The notes under the pieces were generated by a model. It did not search any database. It had not been told where the DNA came from and saw only the letters and a list, made by a program, of their open reading frames with translations. Made by a program: the position numbers and the translations under genes. Of a stretch of DNA of 64,000 nt, positions 1-13,800 are shown piece after piece (position 1 is the first letter of the stretch; each line of letters opens with the position of its first letter). Where the stretch lies: contig CM082584.2 in NCBI GenBank assembly GCA_040954595.2, positions 11,498,552-11,562,551 of the forward strand, written 5' to 3'. Source of the stretch: Balanoglossus misakiensis (Eukaryota > Animalia > Hemichordata).

Positions 1-1306
1 TTCGATATTTGCCAGCAGGTAGCTTTCGAACTCTACAAATTGAACGTATTCATCAACAACTTAATTGTAATTAAGGTCTCGGTATGATATATTGAGACAC
101 TCCCACCGTTGATGAACTCTGTCGTTAAAAATTTTCAATAAACAAATTTACCTTTAATTTCACTGGAAACAAATTGTTTCATTAATTAAAATGAACGCAC
201 TCAATATTCCAGAGACTGATTAAATGGTACATTACTGGACCTGGTTTTGAATTGTGGAATGATTTCGTCAAACTGTTCGCTTGTTAATGAAAAGTCTAAG
301 TATAGAAACATCAGGTAAAGCGTCTTGATAAACACAATTTTTCAGAAACGGTAAAATTAATCCTGCTAGTATGCTAAAGGATAGGAAAACCTAAGCAATT
401 CGTTGATCACCAGTTTTGTCATTTTTAATGTGCCTGAATAATTTAATAAGTTTGCTACTATGTTTAATATAATGCTTCATTAAGGTAAATGTAGCATTCT
501 ATGGTCATTAAAAAAATTTGCTCAGAAATAAATCTTCAAATAAACTTTATGTATACTATGAACATCATGCAACATATAACACCGGAATATAATGAAATGT
601 ACGTCTTTCACCTATTGCGTGTACATTCCTTCAATTGAAAAAAAAGAGAAATATTTTCATCGTATATATAAATTGATAATTCTTGATTGTTGTTGGCCTT
701 AAACTTGAATTTGTCTTCTGGAGAGTTCTTATTCATATTATTTAAAATCTGAGGTGTTTTTTCTGTCTGGAAGAGGTGTGGTGTGGTTGCAAGTTTGTTT
801 TTCAACAGTGACATGGTCACAAAGCTTACAGTTGCTAGGAGTTGCATCTCAATCAGGACACTCACAAGATAAGGATGGCTTTATTAGTTCTTAATATAGA
901 ATAGACTGTTTCGGATCAACACAAAGACAAAAAATAAACAAGATTTGACGTCAAAGAAGTGCACCAATAAGGAATTGGAAGCAAAGCTGCCAACTTACAT
1001 GTAAAATATAAATGTGTGCTGATTCTGGATCATAGCTTTGTATAGTCTTGTATTAAAACTTAAATGGTTATGTGAAAGCAAAGAGTTTGAAGTTTCAAAT
1101 GCAAGGTTGTAACTCGTTTTGTTATACACCATAACCAATTTCTTCTAATCTTGGGGATTTTCAATGATAATGGAATTAATAATGTTCAGCGGCATTGATT
1201 GAGACCAGCCCCTGAAACCAAGAGATATTCTACAAGTTGGTTTCATGAGAAGTTGGAATTTTGATTAGGTATCAGGCGGTATCGTAAAGCTAATATTATC
1301 ACTGTG

Positions 1307-1855
1307 TGAGATTTAAAGTTTTTAGTTCATCTTCTAAAGATTACATCTGAGTGAAGAAAATCCTTTATTTTCATTGATGTTGTAGCCGATGTTTGATTAG
1401 AGAGTCCAGCCGGACATGTAGTAACTGTCATCGTATCTCGGTGACTCAAGCAGTCGTAGGTGGATGCATCAGCATAGCCATTCACAGGTACTGCAAAGCC
1501 GCAACTGATGTATGTGACTATAGCCCTGTGTGGCAGGGCTGTCTTACAGTAAGCCACACATCCCCGCCACGCAGAGTATGTGACATGTTCTTTCCGGTGC
1601 TGTGCTCGACACGCTAAAAATATCGGGTGGCCCCGGTTTTACGCGAGGTATTCGAAACAGTCCCCGCCCACTGTTGAAAGGCTTAGTAGTCAGGGGCAAT
1701 AGAATGCGGCAAGTTTACCCTCCTTCAGTGAAGATGACAGAAGCACTCCAGCAGAAGTCAACTTGTGTTGCTATCAATGTATTGATGTTTGCACGGATTA
1801 AGTCTGCCCAAAGAGCACAGGAACAGTAAAGTTGCCCCTATTCTCTTTATCATCA
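1307..1855 (-). mobile_element. Candidate solo LTR or other interspersed repeat
   Basis: GC-richer island with TGA...TCA ends, near-matching 5-bp flanks CTGTG/GTGTG, and AATAAA on - near 1345-1350. Confidence 0.3.
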
Positions 1856-4800
1856 GTGTGCCATTAACTTTATATCCTGTTTTTATCACTTTCTTTAAAA
1901 AATTACAGTAGGCACATAAAGGCTGAATGTTTAAGGTACCACCTAATTGTTGGCATGGTCAGAAAAGGCAGAAAAAAGTCGAGAAAACCAAGCAGTAGTC
2001 CGCTAAGTCGTTCTTGATCCCAAGCTACTAAAACAGGCTCAACTGATCATTGAATCATTTTGGCAATCGAGACTTGCCATAAATTTGATGAGATGTACAT
2101 TTTCAGTGATTTGATTTTCCGCCCCACTCTGTATTCATAAGGGTACATTACGGAATTAGCAACTAATGCTCCTCATGGGAGGTGAGATCAGCCAAGTAAC
2201 AACTGCCCGCATTTCAATGTGTGTGTGGCGGCTCTTTGTTTTGTCCCACGGAACAAAACAATCGCATATGATTCATGGAAGCACAGTTCATAAATTTGAG
2301 ATTTGCCGTGGCAAGCCCCATGACATATTGTGCGTCTGCCACTGACTTGGGAGTTTTTGGTTTGTGTCCAGTGAAACGTGTCCATTGGTTACCACGACTC
2401 GAAGCCCACATCTATCAAAAGAGCACGACAACTCGAAACAGTTAATGTACATTCCTAGTTCGGGTTTCTCAGTAAATTATTTCTGATCTGTCAACTGAAT
2501 GATAAAGAAGGCAAGTAAAATGTTAGTGCCATTCAAAAGAGTTGAGGTCGTTTCGCGTAAGTGCCCTGTACTTGAGATAGCGGTTGTTGTTGGAAACAAG
2601 TGCATGTGTACTGTGGGATCACACCGAGATACTTTGTCAATTCGGCAAGACTGTATCAACGCCAATAATACCAACACTAAAGCCGACAGCTTTAATCTCT
2701 TGCTAGCAACGCACCAAGCCTACGTTGCCATGGTGAGCATTTTACACCGCTGAAACACCAAAACCCAGCGAGAAGAACGTGACAATTAAGTCTTTTTAGC
2801 TAATTAGACAGCTGCTACACTGAGTGTGTAGACGTTAAGTTGAGTTAGCGCTACACTTTGCCTCTGTATCGCATAGCAGATGGCAAATGCACAGTTTCTA
2901 TCTCCATGCCTGGCGACATATATGTATAGCTATAGTGACAACATGAACCCACTAGCCACACATAGGGGAGGCCAAAGAAAATGAAAATCTAATCTAGAAA
3001 TCAACTCGACAAACTAATTAGAGCGACACCTGTGGAAAATAAAAGTCAGTTTTGTATTTTTTTGTCGACGCGATATTGAGTGGAAAACGGCGATTAAGGA
3101 GTACTCTAAAGGCTGTGAGGGATTACCACTATCCTTGTATTCTTTATTGTACCAGTGTTTACTCTTGACTTCAAAGCGGAGGGAAAGACTGAGTTGTCTG
3201 TGTCCAAAAAGACATCTCCAGATGCGTTCTTTTGCTTTTAAACACACAGCGAACCAGTGCCAGGGCTGTGGTATTGTGGCCACTGGTGTCAGAAAACGGG
3301 AACGGAGGGTTTTTAACAAAGATTTTGAGGACAGTTGGATGTTATCGCCAGTTGCCATGAAAGAAGGAGACCTTGTTCTGCACTGCGCATAAATCATGCG
3401 AGCGTTTCTATTGACGCCAATTGAGTCACATTCATCCGAAATTGACTCACCACTCCTGCCTGCTATTGTCTTTCCGACCGGAGGAAGAAAAAAGTTTACA
3501 AAGAAGAGATACTAGTGCTCCGACACGCCGAACAGCTTGATCAAAATTCCACCCACAACACCTGTGTAAATTGAACGTTATATTGTGCTTGGTGCATTAA
3601 ATTTTAGGATTCTCTAGTGGGGGCCAGTGTCAGTGACTGCAAGTCAATTCGTTTGAAATTTCCCATAAACCAGATGAATATCATTGGCACATGTAATAAT
3701 CCTTTACTGAATGTTACAGTTAACTAAATTAACATTTAAATAGTGCCACTTTCTTAATAGTAGCCATTTGCTACTTGATCTAGGCGCTAACACTCAATTC
3801 ATTATAAACAAGTTTCGTTTTCACACCTTGGGGCGATGTGAAATTCCATGGTTCTCTGCCAACTAGGTAATTAAGGTAATAACTCTAACTTCAACCGACT
3901 GTCAGATACCCCCCTTAGCAATGCCCTCTTGCTGGTCCACTCACATAAGTCAAATCAGTGACGATAATTGGGAAAAAAGTAATAAGGAAAATTTTCCGGC
4001 ATTTTTCGGAAAGCTGATCAGAAACCTCACTCACAGCGTTGAGAGATCAGTGCTCAGACAGCAAAAAAATTGCAGGTTTTTTTCTCTGGTATATTCCACT
4101 GTGTATCACCCGCAAATAATCTTCAATTTTCTATCTGTATATTAATTAAATCTCAGAATTAGGGAGGAAATCATAATGCTGTTATCACCCTTTTTAAATT
4201 AGCAATGATTTCTGTGATTGGACAGCGGTAAAGATAGGAGACATTGGCTTTAATTGAAATGAACACAAAACATAATTTCAAAGTAAGATGTTGATATTGA
4301 AACATTAGCTGTAATTTAGTTGACGATATTGAAACATTGATTAATTTAGCCGATAGAAATCAGATAAGTAATCAGAAAACATCATTAATATTTCATTTGA
4401 AATGACCAAATTTTGGCCGGAATATAATGAATGCCATGAACAGATGTGTCAGACTGTAGCGGTGCAGTTTAGTGCGGGGACTGAAGGCTGTTCTGTGCCG
4501 TGGACCAAATCACAAAGCAGATGCCCCGAATAAAAAGTCATTAACGCGATACAAATGGCTGTCACCTCAATGTGTAAATCAGGCAATTTACTCCACCGGG
4601 CATTTGTCACCTTTAGCCGTTGCGTGAAATATCCATGCTTTTGCAGACTATATTAAGTTACTGCTGGCTTCTACCTTTGTGTGCTCCGTATTTTATGAGA
4701 TTGCTGGCTGCGAAATCGATTGTGTTGTTTTTTTTTCTGCTCCTGTTTGTGGTTTTCCTGCTGTCGCTTCGCATTTCGATCAAACTCCCTTGCGGCTGAT

Positions 4801-7800
4801 GGAGCACTGTTGTTCAGAATTTCGTGTTCTTTTTTAAATTTCCACTGTCAAAATTAGTGTGTACCAATTATAACTTTCGTGTTGCATGTTGAAAGCTTGA
4901 TCTCAAAAAATGCACATCCTTTGAAATTTGAATGAAAAGCAGACCTTAAAAAAACTAGAACAAACCAAAACAACAGCAGTGAATGAGGTGAGCAGTTTCA
5001 TTGTGCAGCCTATTCAACAAGGTGTGCTTATGTCCCTGTGTTTCTAGGACAAACCTTTCACTCAGGCCTTCTGTTTACAAGATGTTTATCAGGCAAAATT
5101 TAAAACATCAAATTACCAGAAGAGTATTACTTCCGAAGACATGAGTATTTAATAGGTATGCTGTAGTGTTTTTTTTTAAGTTCCAGGTTTGGCATGAGAA
5201 GTGTTGAAATTTACTTGGCTGTGGCATGCCAGCAAAGTGCCAGCAAAGTACATGAGAGGGCAACAGATAGAACACACCACTGTGGGAAAGAAAACCAAAC
5301 AAAACTATATCCACACCCATCCATAATCTTGCACTCTGAATCAATCAATTGTTCAGTTTGGCTAGCTACGAAACAAAAATACATTAAAAAAAGCTAGAAT
5401 GGACAATTGAACAAAGCGAAATGTGTTCGGGGGTAGATAAGGTGACTCAGACTCAGAGTACGGGCAACAATTTCAGATAATTTGGTACGGTTTTGGTCAA
5501 CTGGATATCAGCTGAAAGGACCAGAGGTTGGTCAAAGATCGAACCATTTCAGATAATCAGCGCACCCATTAGGGACGCAGTCACATTAGGAGGTGAAAAA
5601 GCGGCCGTAAAAATACAATGTGTCAGGTGGGTAACTGTTACAGCGTGTCCTTGACATGACATTTCAGTTTTTCTTTTAAACACCGACTAGAGATATACAA
5701 TAATGAAGTACCTTGAAATAGATGACTGCATGTAATTTGCGTGTTTGGCAATTGTAGGGGACCACTCGGTTCCAAACAGTAGAAGTTACTTTGCTGATAA
5801 TTGACTAGGACACCAGACTTGGTGTCTTTTAAGTCACCACCCAAAACAAAAAACTGTCTGCCGTTGATTGAGTGAGTGAAGACAGACAGGCAGGGGTAAC
5901 TCTGGGAGCTATTAAATGCTGCTAGGGAATACGGCAGTCACAAAGTACTTTGGCAACAAAGGATTTCACATCTGCGTATAAAATATGAGCGATTTTCCAA
6001 AAGCCGGAGTCGAATCGCGAGTCCGGGGCACTCAGACGGGGGCAACAACTCTGAAGAACAGTGTCTACATGCCACGTTTCTCAATGGAGTCAGTGGTACT
6101 ACACTCGGACTTGACAAGTGAAACTGTAGCAACTTTGAGGGGGGGGGGGACAATCGAGCCAAGAGGGTGTATACACATATACTTCGGAGCACGCTCATAT
6201 GATGGAGAAGGTGTACTCAGTTGTAAAGGGTGTATACATACTTTGTTTGGTGATAAAAACCAAGGCTGTTCTGGACAAACACCAACAGTAGTCTATCTTT
6301 GAAGTATGTGATGACTGGAGCCATGATAATTAGCTGGCGGCAGACCATAGGTGGGCTGGAAATTGGCCCACTCATCATCGAAAGGTGGAGGGCCTGTTGA
6401 CTCTCCTAATTGTCCAAGCCACTCCACATTATAGATATGCTATCACCCATGGCAAAGAGCAAAGACATTGGCGGGTGGGGTGGGTGGGGAGAAAAGTTTC
6501 AACCGGCATGGGCTTTTGAAATTTGAAGATCATCTATTGGACCTACTCCAGCATCAAAGCAACTTCAACGATACAAGCAAATCTAAAAACTACACCAAAC
6601 AGAATAGGTTACCAGTTTCTTTTTGTGACTTTATTGTATGGTCTAAAAGTCAACAAAGAAATAGAGCTTAATATGCTGCATAAAATCTAATGTTCTTATA
6701 TTTGAAAAAAACACTTTAACCTTTACTTTGGGGGTTGGTTGAATTCAGTGTTCCGGTATATGAACAATGCTGTAGGTCTCTCACCAAACATTTTAGTTTG
6801 CGTATCAAGTTAGGGAGCTTTGTGTTCGTATTTCGATTGCTTGACTGTGTGACTTATATTGTGGTTGCCAGCAGTGAATGCACTGGCTCCCTAGCAAAAT
6901 GAAAATGAGTGTTCCAAGGGGACTAGTAATTATCAGCTCAAAGTAGAACTTGGATGTGTTCACCTGTGATATCTCAGAAACCATGCATATACTTCTGAAT
7001 AATAATATATTTGACTTTTCGGTTTTACAGAGTAGAACCTCTACCTTTGTCTAAATTAAGTCATAATAACATTTAATTCATAAAAATCCCAAATAAGCTG
7101 AAAAACTGATGCCAATTCTGGTACACGTACCACAAACATCAGCTAGCATAAAGTCAAAAACCAGCCAAAGTTAATTTTCACCCAACTTCCATATTTTTAA
7201 TCCTGATTAATTACATTGAACAAGAGGCGTGTGACACAAGACTTAAAACTTGACAGAATTTGACACGGTACTGATGTTTCATTCAAGAGAGATAGATTTG
7301 CGGGTGTCCAATTGAAACACTGATACAATTGTACATATGACAGCAAGTTTGACACGCAACAGGGGGGTTTTATGTGAATGGAGATTAATCTATACATAAA
7401 TCAGGGTCTTTTTTTGAGAACCCTGTGTAAGTTTGGACTTCAAAAGGAAATTATTTGTCAAATGTCAGAGAAATATCTTTATAAGTTAGAATTTGTTTGT
7501 CAAACAAAAAATTAACATAATGCACTTTTCTTCAGATGATTGTTAACTTCCAAGAGTAGTCATTATGACAGCAAATACAAATGTATCCAAATAAACAAAT
7601 AGTTTTCCTGACTGAAAAAAATGCCACTTACAGAAGTATTTATCTGTAATCCATTCCGGATGTTGATTAGACGCACTTATGCGCAGAAAGTGCTTCATTT
7701 TGGACGGCCTTTGGACTGGAAGCTCATTTCTTTGGCCAAAAACTGCACTGCAATGCCAACAGGTGTGACAGTGTACGTGTTTTAATTTTGGGTTTCTGAT

Positions 7801-10800
7801 CCACAAGTGGGTCACAGTTGATACAGATTTGACCTTGACAAAGAGATAACCTGTGCCTGTTAAATCTCCATGACATTTGTTGCTGTTTACATTGAACTTA
7901 AAAGAGCAAAGATGCTTCCTTTTGACATAATTTGGGTAACGGCTGTACTTCTGTTTTTTCGTTGCTATATGCTGTTCTACTCACTAAAACATGCTCGCAT
8001 AACGCAATTGTCAAGTTTATTTAGGGAAATATTTCAACACACACGTATTCAGACAGCTGAGTTGATGAAATCTTAAAGAAGACCCTAGAGTATAAACATC
8101 AGTTGGCCACCAGATGTTAAAAAAAATAAAAATTAATTTTGTCATTTACACTTTAACAGGAATGAATAATGAGGAACTTGAAATAATTGTGATTTGAAGC
8201 ATAGTTGAAATAAATCCCTCAGATGTCTGATTTCAATCACACTTCAGTTTTGTGTCATGTCACTTGCCTGTTTTATTGACAGGGATTACCAAAACAAGCT
8301 GTATATTATCTAATTTGAGTCGCTAAAATACTTAATTACCCAGAATATCAGATAGACGTATACGCCTATACATTGATAAATTGGCGTGCAATGGCTGTAG
8401 GTGTGGATTTAGTCTGTCACCTTGTAACCTGCACATGGGTGAAATAGCTCGGTTGTGAGTGTATATATATACGCAGGCGTAAATTCACACACACACATAC
8501 ACACGCCACTTGTAACGTACGCGCGTCTTACTTGCCACGTATAGTATACGCGCATGGCGAATTTGGTGGACGCGATCGAGTGCGGTATTTGAGCAACTTA
8601 GCTCACGATATCAGGTAAATCAGTGTTGAAGCTGACAACTTTGGAGTCATATGCAGTTAACCCTGAAAGTTGTGCTTGTTAAAACCAGGGGGAAAAAACC
8701 TTACTGACTTCGCAGGAGTGTAGAAAGAATCACCACTTCACAATTTGTACAGGTAATATTATTGACCGTGTAAAATACCAAATTTTCATAAAAAAATAAA
8801 GTTAAATTAAATAATAACGACAGGTCGAATCATAAACGTAAGAAAGGTTGACAGTCATTTGAAATTGTGAGATTGGAAAAAACAGAATAACACGCAAAGA
8901 TTACCAATTTGACAGAAATACGCTGGTACTTTGTATGTATCAGGTTGCAAGAATTAATGTTGGCTGTAAATGGAGAAATAACATTTTGATAATCATCATA
9001 ACTTCTGTGCCTCTCATTTCTCAATTACTCTTTATTGGGCTGAAATATAACAGCCATTCACTAAATTTTAATGAGCCCCTGAAAATAAAGTTTCATGCAT
9101 TTTGCATGATGTTTCACTAGTTCTTGCACGTATGCGCAGTTTAACCGATACTTGTCAGTGACTGTTGTCTTGCGCTAGAAGAGATAAAGAAAGGGAAAAA
9201 CGTGTCGGTGATTAAGTATAACTTCATTTTACAGTGAGATCAGGCAACGTGCCAAAAGTTGTGCAATTTTTGCAGTCTAGGGGAGTTCAGTTTACTGAGA
9301 AAAAAATAAAAGTATATGTGTTGATAAGCTAAATGCTGGAAAACTGCAAGACACAACAAAAATACTGAAAACATACATTGGATTTGATATACAGAACAAA
9401 AATACCAGAAATAAAGCCAAAAGTTACAGCTTAATGTTCCTCTAAATCTCTTTTCGAAGGCTACCCTCAGAGTAGCTTACAGAGTCTAGTAGCGGTAGAT
9501 TGATTTTTAACATTACACAGCTTTGTACAGCTTTGAGTTTTCTATCAGATTGAGTTTACAGATTAGAGTGGCCTCTTTCCTTAAGGACACATCTTTTGTG
9601 TTGTACATTATACAGAGGTGTGCGCGTAACCCGTAAGCTTTGAAGTCATTTGTTCTGTTAGAGAGCAGCGGTGTTCAGGCTGTGTTTTCTGGCCGGAGAT
9701 GTGTCTCTTCCCCCGCCAGACAAAGAAACAGAAGTCAGAGAAACATACACCATGACTAAGCCTTCAAACAGCAGGTTGACAAGAACCATAGAGGGTAAAT
9801 CATGTATAAGATGAAATAAATAATGGGATAAAAGACTGGGAAAACTTGTTGAATGAGAGGGCCAAACAGTGGTATGAAAGAACAGACCTCACTCCTTTTG
9901 AAAAGGCCATTGAGATGATTGTATTGACGTGGGTTCGAGGCATGTGGTTATAACGGCAGTACACGGACAAATTGTAATTGTATCTGTATTGATCCATGTG
10001 CAAAAAAAGAGAGTGTCGGGCAGAATGCCTGAAAACACTTCAATTTGGAGAGGGCCATTTTGTTGATATTATTTCCAATTCATTTAATTAATATCGAGAG
10101 AGAGAAAAAAAGGAAGAAAAATCGAATAAAAGAAGAGCGGCGCGACCTGTCTCCGCATCAGATGGGAGATTCGACAGTCGCAGTGCGCTGGGAACACCAC
10201 ATATGTCAAGCAGCGTCAGTTCCCCGAGTGTATTTTGCGGCTGCCTCTGCCGAACCGTTTTTGAATCAACTGATCAAATAATCCCTAAGAAGGGGTGGGT
10301 GCTATTCTGCTTGATTTCCAATTAATTTATGTTTTCATTGTGCACCCATGCATGAAATCATTCCTTCTTCATCTGAGCGCTTGCCACTGTCACACCGCTC
10401 AATCTCGCGCGCGAACACTGTGTCCTTAACAGTTCGCCGTAGCCCATTACAACAGCAGACAGTGGCTCAGGCTTTTAATATTCACAAATACTCCTCCAAG
10501 GCAAGTGCGCTCCCACTCAATGCATTTTCAATGAAACATATTGAATGCGAAATAGACATTTCTTTCCCTATTATATCTGGGAGCAGGCAGTTTTGAAATT
10601 TTACGGCCGTTTGGTGCTGTTTTGATCATAGCCATTTTCAATCATGGCAGATACTGAAAGCAACGGGCAAAACCATTATGGAATTGACAAAGTGCGAATT
10701 GCAGTTTTAATTAGAACTTAAGTACATTTGCTTTCAAATCTGATTTTCTCCTGTCAACTTTTTCTATTATTTGCCTCTTTTGTTCGCATTTTTATTAACC

Positions 10801-13800
10801 ATTTGTGCTGTCTTTCACATTTTCTCACGACCATGTCAAAACCAATCCATAAAATCGTTTCACAGCTTGTCGCTAAGTATGATGCACATGACCGGTTAAC
10901 TGTGTTTTCCTCCCAAATAAGTCCCTGTTAGCAACCCACGGTGATAAAAAGTGAGATTTTCTTATTAAATGTCAATTTCAATATTTTGGTGCAATTTTCG
11001 TCTTGAAACCGCGGTTTCCTTCGTACTAAATCATAATTACGTTTGACGCTGTGTCTGGGACATACCCCTAAGCAAATAACCATTGACACTAAAAGTAAAA
11101 TCTGTAGAATATAATGCCAGTGTACCACAGTAGGTTGACGATTAGAATTATCCAAAGTGCTTCATGAATGTGTCATTTCGTGTTCCAGGTTTAATTGATC
11201 TTTGGAAATCGAGACTGTGGCAGAAAATTTAATGAAATGCATCAAGAATGTGTTTTTTTATTTGGTTGATTGAATAGAGCTTAAGTCCTTTTTACCAATG
11301 ACTAATTTTTTCATCTGTATATTTTACCATTGTCATTCCTGTTGCTATGTTTTTCTTCAGAAATTACTAAGTAACTCTCTTTTAGCCATTATTTTGGTGA
11401 TTTTCTTCTGGTTGATTATTTAATGTTGTTAATGCTTTCTGGAGTAAGCTGAGCTGACCTCAAATTTTCTAAGATATTCTTTTATTTCACCCGTTAAATA
11501 GTGTAGCCTTTAACTGTCACGGCATTCATCTGTATTAGAATATGCCAGAAATACATTCCCAGTGGTAAATTATAGTTGAAAGTAAAACAGTGAAATAATG
11601 CCAAATGTTGATCCTCAAAGGCCGTTTAAGGTCACTTCGCGCTTATATGGCAATTTTTCAATGATTCTCCTGAAAGAGCTAGTGCCTTTGAAATATTTCA
11701 GATTTGTCTGAATGCAGGAAATGAGTTCTTCTCACTATTTATGTGCTGCACTATAAAAATAACTTGTTCACAATTTTTTCTCAAATCTTTTTCATTCTTT
11801 CCTTTGCTTGTTCGGTCTTGCTCCACTGTCAATGACTTTACTAAACGCCCGTTGTACAAATATAAATCTTAAGTCTTTCAACATAACAATTCACTTCTCA
11901 GTATATTTTTCTTTATGACTGCATTTTAAACTTTCTTGAGACATACTGTCTTGAATGAAAGACTTCAAATAAAGATAATCGATCAAAGGGAGTCCGTTGT
12001 ACACTACTAAAAAGTCAGCCTTCTGGCCACAATAAATTGTAAATAGCAAAGTTAGTCTTTTCCATTGAACGCTCGCAGCAAGTTCCCATTCCAATGAAAT
12101 TTCATTCCACTCGGTGTTTATTACTGCAGAGAACTCAATAGACACGTCAAGCCACAAGACTATTATAGGTTTCATATGAGAGGAGAATTTCACACCTTTT
12201 TTTCGGTTTGGTTCACCGGAGGAAATTTCAACTAATCGTGTCTCTGTGCATCGACTAGTTAGTACCAATTTGAACTGTATGCTTTGTAATACCAGTACTA
12301 TTTGCATGTCTGTTGGTTATATTTGAATATCTCATTCTTTCTCAACACTACGAACAGCGGACATGTATTAAACAGCGAACACACAACTCCAACCAACTTG
12401 TCAGCTTTTCCATCAATAATTACCGTACCTTGAAAATGGTGAATTTAACGTGCGTCTTTTATCCTATCAAACTATCCATGTTTTCAAACACAGTTGTTCA
12501 AAATTTGAATAGTTTTCACCTCCTTGAAGATAAAGTTTTGCTACAAACATGTAAACACTTGAGGTATAACATTCTGATAAATGATATCTTTCTTTCTTTT
12601 TTTTGGGGGGGGGGGGAAACATGGCTGGCAGTGCAACATATGTTCAGGAGACGACAGCATTATAAAAAAATTGTGGGAATTTTTATTGCGCGCCCCTAAC
12701 CTTCGCAGAGTGAAATATGGAAATGCACTTTGTGTAAAATGTACACTTATATAAAGATGAATTGCATGGGATTACAGATAGTAGCTTGTGGAAATTGTTG
12801 TTGCATAATCTCTGTTAATACCTGGCCCCAGCTTTTTATTCTAAATAACAGAAAAATGCACAAAATCCTTTCAGAGGAACTAAAAAGTGGTCTCAGTTGC
12901 CAGGCAACGGTTTGCTGTTTAGAATCTGCAAAATTCATGAATGATAATGCAGTCAGTAAATTACTTTAAAATTGACATACTTTATGACAGACTTTGGAAA
13001 TGTACGGCAGTGCTGCACCATTTCGAGAAAATGTCTCTTTTTTATGATTAGCTTTACAGTCCTTGTAATTGATCAAGGATATCTACTGAATGTATCATGT
13101 TCCTTTGTGTTATCAAGCTGAGATCAAAACATCCAGTACCACTATCCATTGCTGGGGGAGAAATATACATCTGAGCTCCCATATTGAAAAGTGAACCTCA
13201 ATTCTTTTAGCCAGATGTAAAGATCTAGCTTTATGAAAAATTGTTAATGCAATGTATAATAATCCTTTTTGAAGAAGGGTGCATTTGAAGAGATGCAAAA
13301 TATATAATTTTTTGGGGGGAAAAGACTAAAAATGTCTGTGTATAGTCCACGTGCCTGCATGTACACAAGAAAACCTCTATAGAGGGTTAAATAACCTTCA
13401 TGCAAACTTCTTGTATATCTCCATAAAGATTTGAAATTAGCCATCATTAGTGTTGGGGACACAGCACATGTGCTAATGTTTTGGTTGAGTAGAGCTTGTC
13501 ATGTGTATTGATCATACCCATGGGAAGAGGTTTCAGAATTGCATTTTTACAACGGATAAAATAAGCTGAAAGCTGTTTGTCGCGCACTCTGTGAGAAGTG
13601 AAAATTTTGCTTCAAGAGCAGCGGGGTCAAGTAATCGTAGGGGTTTGTTTTAAGTGTGATTATCATTCAAGTTCAAGTAGAGATGCCAATTTAGAATGAA
13701 TTTTCAGGGTAGTATTTTAATCGTTGTGTGTCAATTTTTATATTGATGAGAATTTTTGTTATTGTTGACAGGTAAACTGCACTTGCATCAGCGAAATGGA

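Noticed and set aside
1640-1856. Hammerhead ribozyme (CGAAAC-AGTC on +, CTGATGA on -)
   Set aside because: The two core halves are on opposite strands and I could not build the three stems.
11891-12699. 138-aa and 128-aa ORFs
   Set aside because: Composition typical of translated AT-rich non-coding DNA; no motifs.
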